Below, piece by piece: positions 55,936 to 64,000 of a DNA stretch of 64,000 nt. Both the position numbers and the translations under genes were made by a program. Origin of the DNA: a virus; IMG/VR virus record IMGVR_UViG_3300025732_000017; one strand, written 5' to 3'. Numbering within the stretch: position 1 is the first letter of the stretch; every line of letters begins with the position of its first letter. The notes below the pieces were generated by a model, which made no database searches, was not told where the DNA came from, and saw nothing but the letters and a program-made list of their open reading frames with translations.

Positions 55936-56885
55936 GGTTTATTATGGGCACCATTCTGGTTACTGGCGGCGCTGGTTATATTGGTAGTATTTTCGTAGAA
56001 CAATTATTGAAAATAGGCGGTCATAGAGTTTGTGTTCTTGACAATCTATATTACAATAATCAATCATCTCTAAATCACTTGATGCATGATCCATATTTGG
56101 AAGTCAGACGCGGAGATGTTCGCAAGCCAAGTGACATAGATCCACTGCTCAAGAAAGCAGACATTATCGTCCCACTTGCCGCTCTCGTTGGCGCACCAAT
56201 ATGCAATAGAGATCCAGTTGCAGCATCTTCCACAAATAAAGACGCAATATTTGAAATGCTGGACAAGATTAGTCCAGAACAAACTATCATCATGCCTACG
56301 ACAAATAGTGCATATGGTTCTGGTGACAAGGATAATTTTTGTACGGAAGAGTCGCCTCTGAATCCAATCTCACTTTATGCCAGAGACAAGGTTGAAGTAG
56401 AAAAGAGGTTGATGCAGCATAAGAATGCAATTAGCCTAAGGCTTGCTACCGTGTTTGGCATGTCGCCTCGTATGCGTCTTGATTTGCTTGTAAATGATTT
56501 CACATATCGTGCTGTGCATGATGGATTTGTCGTTCTATTTGAAAGTCACTTCAAGAGAAACTATATTCATGTTCGCGATGTATCAAATGCATTTATTCAT
56601 TGCATGAATAACTTTGAAAAGATGAATGGTCAAATCTACAATGTCGGTCTTTCAAATGCAAATATATCCAAACTTGAATTGTGCAAGATGATCAAGAGTC
56701 TTGTTCCAAAGTTTACTTTCATGGAAGCACCATATGGACAAGATCCAGATCAACGCAACTACATAGTATCAAACGCTAAGATTGAAGCAACTGGATTCAA
56801 GCCAGAATACTATCTACAGGATGGTCTTGTTGAATTGATCAAGGGCTATGAACTTATTCGTAATACTCGTCATGGAAATGTGTGA
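55932..56885 (+). CDS. NAD-dependent epimerase/dehydratase (likely ATG 55944)
   Basis: TGGAGYIGS, YARDK (YxxxK), LRLATVFG and QIYNVG motifs. Confidence 0.9.
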   Translation: MRFIMGTILVTGGAGYIGSIFVEQLLKIGGHRVCVLDNLYYNNQSSLNHLMHDPYLEVRRGDVRKPSDIDPLLKKADIIVPLAALVGAPICNRDPVAASSTNKDAIFEMLDKISPEQTIIMPTTNSAYGSGDKDNFCTEESPLNPISLYARDKVEVEKRLMQHKNAISLRLATVFGMSPRMRLDLLVNDFTYRAVHDGFVVLFESHFKRNYIHVRDVSNAFIHCMNNFEKMNGQIYNVGLSNANISKLELCKMIKSLVPKFTFMEAPYGQDPDQRNYIVSNAKIEATGFKPEYYLQDGLVELIKGYELIRNTRHGNV

Positions 56886-57868
56886 TGATCATAATAAGAA
56901 CTCCGTATAGAATTTCATTCTTTGGTGGCGGCACGGATTATCCTGCTTGGTATAGGGAGCATGGTGGCTGTGTCTTGTCCACCTCCATAAACAAGTGCAG
57001 TTTTCTTGTTCTTAGAAAGTTGCCGGAAATATTCGACTATAGATACAAGATTCGTTACTTTGCTGATGAAACAACAAAGTGCGTGGACGACATCCAGATA
57101 CCAGTCATTCGCGAGGCAATCAAATACATGAATTTTGAAGACGGATTGGACATCACACATCATGGTGATCTTCCAAATCGCACAGGCATCGGATCAAGTT
57201 CAAGTTTTACTGTATCACTAATTCACGGATTGGCTACTCTCAAGAATGAACAAATTACCAAGAGAGATCTTGCTCGCAAGTCGATCTATCTGGAGCAAAA
57301 TGTTCTTCGTGAAGCTGTTGGATCGCAAGATCAAGTTGCCGCTGCATTTGGCGGTTTCAATAGAATTGAATTTGGCGGATATACGGATTTTACTTGCTAC
57401 TCGTTGCATCTCAAGAAGGATATTCTACAGGAACTTGAGTCGTGGGTTCAATTATTCTTTACAGAGAAACTTCGCAATTCATTTGATATCGCCGAGAAGA
57501 AGATAACAAATATTAGTTCAAAAAAAGTTGATCTAAACATCATGAAGGACTTGACACATGAAGCAGAGCGTGTATTATATGAACATAGAATATATGACTT
57601 TGCAAATCTTCTCAATGATCAATGGAAACTAAAGAAAAGCATGGAGTCATCAATCACAAACACCGAGATTGATGATATCTACGACAAAGGCATTCAGGCT
57701 GGTGCTGTAGGAGGAAAGTTGTTGGGTGCTGGTGGTGGTGGATTCATTCTATTCTTGACACCGCCACATATGCAAAAGAAAGTTGCTGAGAAGTTGAAAC
57801 TCAGACAAGTACCATTGAACTTTGACTATCTTGGAAGTCAATTGATTTATCACGATTATCAGAATTGA
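56882..57868 (+). CDS. GHMP sugar kinase (HddA-like heptose-7-phosphate kinase)
   Basis: TPYRISFFGGGTD, GIGSSSS, GSQDQ and GKLLGAGGGGF motifs. Confidence 0.85.
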   Translation: MMIIIRTPYRISFFGGGTDYPAWYREHGGCVLSTSINKCSFLVLRKLPEIFDYRYKIRYFADETTKCVDDIQIPVIREAIKYMNFEDGLDITHHGDLPNRTGIGSSSSFTVSLIHGLATLKNEQITKRDLARKSIYLEQNVLREAVGSQDQVAAAFGGFNRIEFGGYTDFTCYSLHLKKDILQELESWVQLFFTEKLRNSFDIAEKKITNISSKKVDLNIMKDLTHEAERVLYEHRIYDFANLLNDQWKLKKSMESSITNTEIDDIYDKGIQAGAVGGKLLGAGGGGFILFLTPPHMQKKVAEKLKLRQVPLNFDYLGSQLIYHDYQN

Positions 57869-57875
57869 GGTTATC

Positions 57876-58826
57876 ATGAAAAAGATTTATGTTGCTGGGC
57901 ATAGCGGTCTCGTAGGGTCTGCTATTGTTAGAATGTTGCGTGAGCATGGTGAAACAAACATTGTCACACGCACATCAAAAGAACTTGACTTGACAAATCC
58001 TATTGCAGTTGAAGAATTCTTCACGCAAGAAAAGCCAGATGAAGTCTATCTTGCTGCTGCAAAAGTTGGTGGTATCGTAGCAAATAATACTTTTCCTGCG
58101 GACATGATTAACATCAATCTACGCATACAAACGAATGTAATTGATACAGCATATCGTCATGGCGTGCAAAAGTTGTTGTTCTTGGGATCAACGTGCATCT
58201 ATCCTCGCGAATGCCCACAACCGATCAAGGAAGAATATCTACTCACAGGTCATCTTGAAATTACAAATGATGCATATGCAATCGCAAAGATTGCAGGAAT
58301 AAAGATGTGTCAAGCATATAATCGTCAACATGGAACTGATTATCGTGCTGTAATGCCGAGCAATGTATACGGACCTGGCGATAATTTTCATCCAGAAAAC
58401 AATCATCTCGCGGCTGGGCTAATGCGTAAGTTTCATGAAGCAAAGTTCAACGAAACAAAAGCGGTTTTATGGGGAACTGGAACACCTCGTCGCGAATTTC
58501 TATATTGCGATGATCTTGCTCGTGGATGCATTCATGTATTGAATGCTCCAAAAGATGAGTTTGCAAAGACGGGTGGATTCGTCAATCTTGGTCCGGGATA
58601 CGATCTAGAGATTCGCGATTTTGCTGAGATACTTGCAAAAGTCGTTGGATATAATGACGACTTCTTGTATGATTCATCTCGTCCTGACGGTACTATGCGT
58701 AAGCTGACGGACGTATCAAAAGCACATGCACTTGGCTGGAGACCTCAGATTTCTCTTGAAGATGGACTAAGAAGAATGTATAATTGGTACGTTGATGGTC
58801 TCAAGAATGGAACAGTAAGAACATGA
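57876..58826 (+). CDS. fcl: GDP-L-fucose synthase
   Basis: VAGHSGLVGSA, AAAKVGGI, GSTCIYP, YAIAKIAG, WGTGTPRREF and PDGT motifs. Confidence 0.92.
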   Translation: MKKIYVAGHSGLVGSAIVRMLREHGETNIVTRTSKELDLTNPIAVEEFFTQEKPDEVYLAAAKVGGIVANNTFPADMININLRIQTNVIDTAYRHGVQKLLFLGSTCIYPRECPQPIKEEYLLTGHLEITNDAYAIAKIAGIKMCQAYNRQHGTDYRAVMPSNVYGPGDNFHPENNHLAAGLMRKFHEAKFNETKAVLWGTGTPRREFLYCDDLARGCIHVLNAPKDEFAKTGGFVNLGPGYDLEIRDFAEILAKVVGYNDDFLYDSSRPDGTMRKLTDVSKAHALGWRPQISLEDGLRRMYNWYVDGLKNGTVRT

Positions 58827-59794
58827 AGTATGTTGTGACTGGTGGAGCAGGTTATATCGGTAGTCATGTAGTTGATGAACTATTAAGACGTGGTCATGAA
58901 GTTGTGGCAATTGATAATCTATCCACTGGTCAAATGAGATTTATTGAGCATAATCTAGATAACAAGAACTTTACATTTGTTCGGGGTGATATCAATGGGA
59001 ATCTTTCTTTTCTTGGCGATACTGACGCGGTATACCATTTTGCTGCGAATGCTGACATAAGAAAGGGGTTCAAGAATCCAAATCTTGACTTCAAGAACAA
59101 CATTGAAGGAACAATGAATCTATTGCAATCCATGAACTACCATGGAGTCAAGAGGATGATATTTGCATCAACTTCGGCAGTTCTTGGAGAAGTTGATAGA
59201 GAAAGATTGCCTGCTTCCGAGAGAGTTGCCATGCCAGAGCAAACCTCGTTGTATGGCGCATCAAAGTTGGCGGGTGAAGGTTTGATTTCTGCATTTTGCG
59301 AAGGCTTTGATTTTGAAGCATATGTATTTCGTTTCGTGACTGTTCTTGGTCCAAGATATCCACACGGCTTTGCATTTGACTTCGTCAAGAAACTCTTGAA
59401 TAATCCATATTATCTAGAAGTTCTTGGTGATGGCACAGGAATAAAGAGTTCCATTCATGTGTCAGATGTTGTTTCGGCCGTGACTATGATTGGTGAAGAT
59501 ATCAGACCAGCAAGAGACAAGAAGCGACGATATGAAGTATTCAATATTGGTAATGATGTCACATATCGAGTCTCTGATGCAGCACAATGGGTTGCGAATG
59601 CGATGGGCGTGACTCCAGACATCGTATATGGAAATACGTTAAAGGGTTGGCCTGGTGATATTCCTTATATTCATCTGGATACATCAAAGATCAAATTGTA
59701 TGGATGGAAGTCAAATTATACACCAAAGCAAGCCATACATGAAACTGTTGATTGGCTTCTTCACAATCGCTGGATATATGAGGTTCGTCAATGA
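58823..59794 (+). CDS. NAD-dependent epimerase/dehydratase (GalE-like)
   Basis: TGGAGYIGSH, DNLSTG, YGASK and FNIG motifs. Confidence 0.9.
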   Translation: MKYVVTGGAGYIGSHVVDELLRRGHEVVAIDNLSTGQMRFIEHNLDNKNFTFVRGDINGNLSFLGDTDAVYHFAANADIRKGFKNPNLDFKNNIEGTMNLLQSMNYHGVKRMIFASTSAVLGEVDRERLPASERVAMPEQTSLYGASKLAGEGLISAFCEGFDFEAYVFRFVTVLGPRYPHGFAFDFVKKLLNNPYYLEVLGDGTGIKSSIHVSDVVSAVTMIGEDIRPARDKKRRYEVFNIGNDVTYRVSDAAQWVANAMGVTPDIVYGNTLKGWPGDIPYIHLDTSKIKLYGWKSNYTPKQAIHETVDWLLHNRWIYEVRQ

Positions 59795-60231
59795 GCACGA
59801 TTGTAATCGTGAGTGGCGGATTTGATCCGATTCACTCTGGTCATATCGAATACTTCAAGTCCGCAAGAATGTTTGGCATGAGATTGTATGTTGGTGTCAA
59901 CTCTGATAATTGGTTAACACGCAAGAAGGGTAACTTCTTCATGCCATTTGAAGAGCGTTTGAAGATTGTTCAAAGCATACGATACGTTGATCAAGCAATG
60001 GGCTTCAATGACGACGACGATAGTGCTGCAAGTTTGATTAGAAACATACGCAGAGATAATCCTGATGCATTGCTAATCTTTGCCAATGGTGGTGATAGAA
60101 TCGGCGGCACTCGTCAAAGTGAACTTGAAATGCAGGCGGCAGATGACAAGATTATATTTGCAGTCGGCGTCGGTGGAATCAAGAAGATAAATTCTTCTTC
60201 CGATATTCTCAAAAGATGGAAAACTTCATGA
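59791..60231 (+). CDS. Cytidylyltransferase-like nucleotidyltransferase (HldE/RfaE-II-like)
   Basis: SGGFDPIHSGH, VGVNSD, ER, FANGGD and SSS motifs. Confidence 0.85.
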   Translation: MSTIVIVSGGFDPIHSGHIEYFKSARMFGMRLYVGVNSDNWLTRKKGNFFMPFEERLKIVQSIRYVDQAMGFNDDDDSAASLIRNIRRDNPDALLIFANGGDRIGGTRQSELEMQAADDKIIFAVGVGGIKKINSSSDILKRWKTS

Positions 60232-60965
60232 AAAAGGCAATAGTATTTGTTCCTACAGGAAATAATCCTGATACATTTGACGATAGATATGACAAGAATG
60301 CACATTGGCGATCAAAGCATTTAGAGAGAACATACGAGATAGTTGGATCTATTTACAAGGAGGGATTTATTCCAGATCCTAGTTCATACGATTATATCTA
60401 TGATATTCGTGGTCACAAGTGGCAAATGATTCGTGAAGTATTCAAGCAATTTGATTATTCAAAGTATGATTATGTTTGTTGTATTGATGACGATCAAATT
60501 ACGGATGTATGGAATCTAAACAAAGGTCTTGAACTGGCTCGTCGTTTTGATTTTCGCATATGGCAATTGTCAATGGCAGAAGGGTCTGACCTATTTTATA
60601 ATATCTTGAGACAAGATAAATCATGTGATTTTTCTGAGACAAATTTTGTCGAGATTGGTGTTCCTTGTTTTCGTGTAGATGTCTTTGAAAAGATCCTTCG
60701 TGTTCTAGACAAATGGGATTTTACCATAGGCTATGGTCTGGACAAGGCTTTTTGTGATATAGCACAAACAATGGCAAATGTTGTTCATTGTGCATCAATA
60801 TATCATCCACCTCGTCATAGATATTATGACAAGACAAATGCAATGAGAGAACATGATCAATTTCTGTATAGCGATTATCCGAGAATATGCAGAGAATTAT
60901 TCAATCGTGAACCATTAGTGATAGATAGACAATATACGACAAACAAATATAAAATTGCGGAGTGA
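60216..60965 (+). CDS. Putative GT-A glycosyltransferase-like protein
   Basis: YDYVCCIDDD, NFVEIGVPCF and GYGLD motifs. Confidence 0.55.
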   Translation: MENFMKKAIVFVPTGNNPDTFDDRYDKNAHWRSKHLERTYEIVGSIYKEGFIPDPSSYDYIYDIRGHKWQMIREVFKQFDYSKYDYVCCIDDDQITDVWNLNKGLELARRFDFRIWQLSMAEGSDLFYNILRQDKSCDFSETNFVEIGVPCFRVDVFEKILRVLDKWDFTIGYGLDKAFCDIAQTMANVVHCASIYHPPRHRYYDKTNAMREHDQFLYSDYPRICRELFNREPLVIDRQYTTNKYKIAE

Positions 60966-60970
60966 TAAAA

Positions 60971-61519
60971 ATGATTATTGATTTAGGTGCTGGTCCATGG
61001 CCAAAGGCTGATGCAACAGTATGTGTGGATGTCAACAAGTGGAGAGACAACTATATCATACACGATCTATCATCTTTACCGTATCCATTTGAATCAAATG
61101 TAGCAGATAAGATCTACTTTGGCGATGTGATTGAACATCTCTCAAAGTTCATTGTTGATGATGTTCTAAAAGAGATTCATCGTGTTCTAAAACCAGGAGG
61201 ATTTCTAGAGATCACAACACCCGACATTGAATGGGTTGCTGAGAGAATCTACAAGAAAGACTGGCATATCATGGCAAATGTAGATTGGCTCAACAAGAAC
61301 AAGGATCCATTTGAAGATGCTATGGAAGTAATTTATGCTGGATGGCTTCATGAGACGGATCACAAGATTCCTGGCATGGGTCATATCAATGGTTTCAATC
61401 AAGAAAAATTGACAAAATATTTGACTCGTGCTGGATTCAAGAGTACAATGAGAGTTCCTGATATGAGAAATCCCGAACCTGCTCGTGGTTCTGTATTGAA
61501 GATGTTGGCCTATAAATGA
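60971..61519 (+). CDS. SAM-dependent methyltransferase
   Basis: IDLGAG, PYPFESNVADKI, VIEHL and RVLKPGG motifs. Confidence 0.85.
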   Translation: MIIDLGAGPWPKADATVCVDVNKWRDNYIIHDLSSLPYPFESNVADKIYFGDVIEHLSKFIVDDVLKEIHRVLKPGGFLEITTPDIEWVAERIYKKDWHIMANVDWLNKNKDPFEDAMEVIYAGWLHETDHKIPGMGHINGFNQEKLTKYLTRAGFKSTMRVPDMRNPEPARGSVLKMLAYK

Positions 61520-62460
61520 GAAAACTTCTTGTTACTGGTGGTGCTGGATTTATTGGCATCAACTTCATAAAGCATATACTTGATGTTGACAAAGTTGACA
61601 TTGTTGTTGCTGATAGATTCACATATGCAAGTAATCCAGAAGAACTCATCAATAATATGAAGATTGACACCCATTGCATGGACTTATCGGACGCGACATC
61701 TGTTGAAAGTCTATTCAAGATGCATGAGATTACCCATGTCGTGCATTTTGCCGCAGAGAGCCACGTTGATAGATCAATCAAGGACTGTCAACCTTTCATA
61801 CAATCAAATATCATTGCAACAGTCAATCTACTAAATGAAGCAATGAAATATAAAGTTCAAAAGTTCGTTCACATATCTACGGATGAAGTTTTTGGCGAAA
61901 TTGCGATACCAGGTAAATTCAATGAACTTTCAAATATATGTCCAAGAAATCCATACTCTGCTAGCAAGGCTTCAGCCGAACATTTTGTAGAAGCATATGG
62001 TAATACATATGGATTTCCATATACTATAATCAATTCATCAAACAATTATGGTCCATGGCAGTATCCCGAAAAGTTTATTCCTCTAGCGATTAATCGTATT
62101 CTAAAAAAGCAAAAAGTTCCGGTATATGGAACTGGTAGTCAGATTCGCGATTGGATCTTTGTCAAGGATGCAGCTGAAGCAATTCGTCGTGTACTTCATC
62201 ATGGGAACACACATGATAGATATTGCATCGGTGGCGAACAAGAAATAAGAAACATTGATCTTCTTCGCATGATAATTCAAAAAATGAACGTAGATGAAAA
62301 TCTAATAGAGTACGTTACTGATCGTCCTGGGCATGATGCAAGATATGCCACATCAATACTCAAGATTAAAAGAGAGTTGAAGTGGGTGCCAGAGTACAAT
62401 CTATCTGATGGATTGAATGAAACGATAGAGTGGATAAAGAAACATGAAAATAGGATTTAA
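61516..62460 (+). CDS. rmlB: dTDP-glucose 4,6-dehydratase
   Basis: TGGAGFIG, HFAAESHVDRSI, HISTDEV, PYSASKA, NNYGP.QYPEKFIP and DRPGHD motifs. Confidence 0.95.
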   Translation: MRKLLVTGGAGFIGINFIKHILDVDKVDIVVADRFTYASNPEELINNMKIDTHCMDLSDATSVESLFKMHEITHVVHFAAESHVDRSIKDCQPFIQSNIIATVNLLNEAMKYKVQKFVHISTDEVFGEIAIPGKFNELSNICPRNPYSASKASAEHFVEAYGNTYGFPYTIINSSNNYGPWQYPEKFIPLAINRILKKQKVPVYGTGSQIRDWIFVKDAAEAIRRVLHHGNTHDRYCIGGEQEIRNIDLLRMIIQKMNVDENLIEYVTDRPGHDARYATSILKIKRELKWVPEYNLSDGLNETIEWIKKHENRI

Positions 62461-62923
62461 TTGTAGTAGTTTTGATCTGCTTCATGCAGGTCATGTTACC
62501 ATGCTAAAGATGGAAAAAGAATTGTGTGATTACTTGAAGGTCGCACTTCAGGTTGATCCTACAATTGATAGACCCGGAATAAAGAACAAACCAATTCAAA
62601 GCATCTATGAGAGATATGTTCAGCTTCAAGCATGTAAATATGTAGATGAGATATTGGTGTATGAAACTGAGTTTGATCTACTCCAGTTGTTAATGACACA
62701 GACAATTCATGTTCGTTTTCTTTCTGATGAGTATTTGAATCGGGACTTCACAGGAAAACAGTGGTGTATTGACAACGGTATTGAATTGCATTATCATAAA
62801 CGTCAGCACATTTATGGCTCATCCGAATTGAGAAAACGCACATACGAAATGGAAAAGAAAAGACTTGATGAAGTCATCAAGAAAGAAATACCGCAACATC
62901 ATCCGGAGTTGTTGAACACATGA
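62444..62923 (+). CDS. Glycerol-3-phosphate cytidylyltransferase-like (TagD-like)
   Basis: FDLLHAGH, LQVDP, ERY and SSELR motifs. Confidence 0.82.
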   Translation: MKIGFNCSSFDLLHAGHVTMLKMEKELCDYLKVALQVDPTIDRPGIKNKPIQSIYERYVQLQACKYVDEILVYETEFDLLQLLMTQTIHVRFLSDEYLNRDFTGKQWCIDNGIELHYHKRQHIYGSSELRKRTYEMEKKRLDEVIKKEIPQHHPELLNT

Positions 62924-63702
62924 TTACATTGATTGGGCATGGTTATATTGGACAAGCAATATGGAAGAAACTAGAATTTCATAGTTACATTTCTTCATAT
63001 TGGATCTCACACAAAGACAAGATTCCAAATGACACAAGAGTAATAATCAACGCAGCAGGGTATACAGGATCTCCGAATGTTGATGCTTGCGAACTATACA
63101 AGGAAGACACGATTGCAGGAAATGTATTATGGCCAATTGAACTTGAAAGAAGAAGTCTGCACATTCCTGTAGTTCATATTTCAAGCGGATGCGTATATAC
63201 AGGATATCAAAAAGACTTTACGGAAGAAGATGAGCCAAACTTCAATTTTGATAATGGTAGTTTCTATAGTGGATCAAAGGCTTTGGGGCAAAAACTTCTT
63301 GCGCCATACATGAACAAGTCATATCTTTTGAGAATTCGTATGCCATTTGATTCAGAAAAACATCCAAAGAACTTCTTGACCAAGTTGGAAAAATATGCGA
63401 AGTTGATAGATTTCCGCAATAGTCTAAGTCACGTTGATGATGTTGCTGATGTAGCATTATTTTTTGCTACAAATAAGCCAAAGCCGGGAATCTATAATGT
63501 CACAAATGGTGGTAGCAAGACGACAAAAGAAATTGCCGACATGATGGGATTAAACAAGAATTGGTTTACGGAAGATCAGTTTCGTGCTGCAGTTACGGCA
63601 CCAAGATCAAACTGTGTTCTTGACAATACAAAACTAAAGAACATATTTCCAATCCGTGATATAGATGTCGCATTGAAGGATGCGATTGACAAATATCAAT
63701 GA
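62920..63702 (+). CDS. NDP-4-keto-6-deoxysugar reductase (RmlD or NRS/ER-like)
   Basis: GHGYIG, NAAGYTGSPNVDACE, SSGC, YSGSK, LRIRMP and RSNCVLD motifs. Confidence 0.85.
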   Translation: MITLIGHGYIGQAIWKKLEFHSYISSYWISHKDKIPNDTRVIINAAGYTGSPNVDACELYKEDTIAGNVLWPIELERRSLHIPVVHISSGCVYTGYQKDFTEEDEPNFNFDNGSFYSGSKALGQKLLAPYMNKSYLLRIRMPFDSEKHPKNFLTKLEKYAKLIDFRNSLSHVDDVADVALFFATNKPKPGIYNVTNGGSKTTKEIADMMGLNKNWFTEDQFRAAVTAPRSNCVLDNTKLKNIFPIRDIDVALKDAIDKYQ

Positions 63703-63956
63703 AAAAAACTGCAATTGTAGCATCCAGTTTCTCAGAAAACGGAAGCAAAAGTCTTGCAAAATTGTTGACAAAGAAGTATGGATGCACTATAATCAAGGAA
63801 TCTACATATGATAAAGATCGTGGTATGTGGATGCTCACATACACAGATCCATTGTTGGAGATCGTAGATGAAATTCAAAGTTCTAAAAATGAACGCACTC
63901 GCAGAAGCACTAGACAAAGTAAAAATAAAAGACCCCGTCGCTCTTCCATGGAATGA
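63699..63956 (+). CDS. Hypothetical protein
   Basis: ORF coupled by ATGA; its 3' part overlaps another plausible ORF. Confidence 0.45.
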   Translation: MKKTAIVASSFSENGSKSLAKLLTKKYGCTIIKESTYDKDRGMWMLTYTDPLLEIVDEIQSSKNERTRRSTRQSKNKRPRRSSME

Positions 63957-64000
63957 ATGGAAAAATTGGGAAGAAGAGCAAAAGAAAACTCGTCCAATAA
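63868..64000 (+). CDS. Partial ORF running off the window
   Basis: GGAG RBS then MKFKVLKMNALAEALDKVKIKDPVALPWNEWKNWEEEQKKTRP; no stop before the end. Confidence 0.45.
   Translation, partial: MKFKVLKMNALAEALDKVKIKDPVALPWNEWKNWEEEQKKTRPI

Noticed and set aside
1-64000. tRNA, rRNA, integrase or transposase genes
   Set aside because: Intergenic gaps are short and I saw no cloverleaf or recombinase motifs by eye; tRNAscan was not run.

Overview
This is a 64-kb segment of a large T4-superfamily myophage genome, and essentially all genes are on the + strand. In order: (1) a ~15-kb array of tail-fibre, adapter, adhesin and chaperone genes with 14-residue Ala/Asn repeats and shared modules; (2) the T4 virion core gp13-14-15-16-17-18-19-20, four prohead ORFs, gp21-22-23, gp3, uvsY, uvsW, gp55, gp47, gp46; (3) a peptide deformylase gene; (4) a three-gene cassette of a C5-cytosine MTase homologue, an Asn-synthetase-like ATP enzyme and a CmoA-like carboxy-SAM synthase; (5) a GC-richer, sigma70-driven vWA plus MoxR AAA module; (6) gp1, gp45, dsbA-like, gp44, an inserted nuclease-like ORF, gp62, regA, dut and hsp20; (7) two tandem AdoMetDC-like genes; (8) a ~12.4-kb glycosylation island. 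The strongest signal is the cassette at 37085-39772. The MTase has Arg where motif X normally has Asn (GRMV rather than GNAV/GNSV), which points to carboxymethyl transfer (5-carboxymethylcytosine) followed by amide-ligase hypermodification rather than ordinary methylation. Several structured leaders, a candidate capsid-targeted internal protein and a restriction-like nuclease also deserve follow-up. All calls come from motif recognition by eye; no database searches were run.
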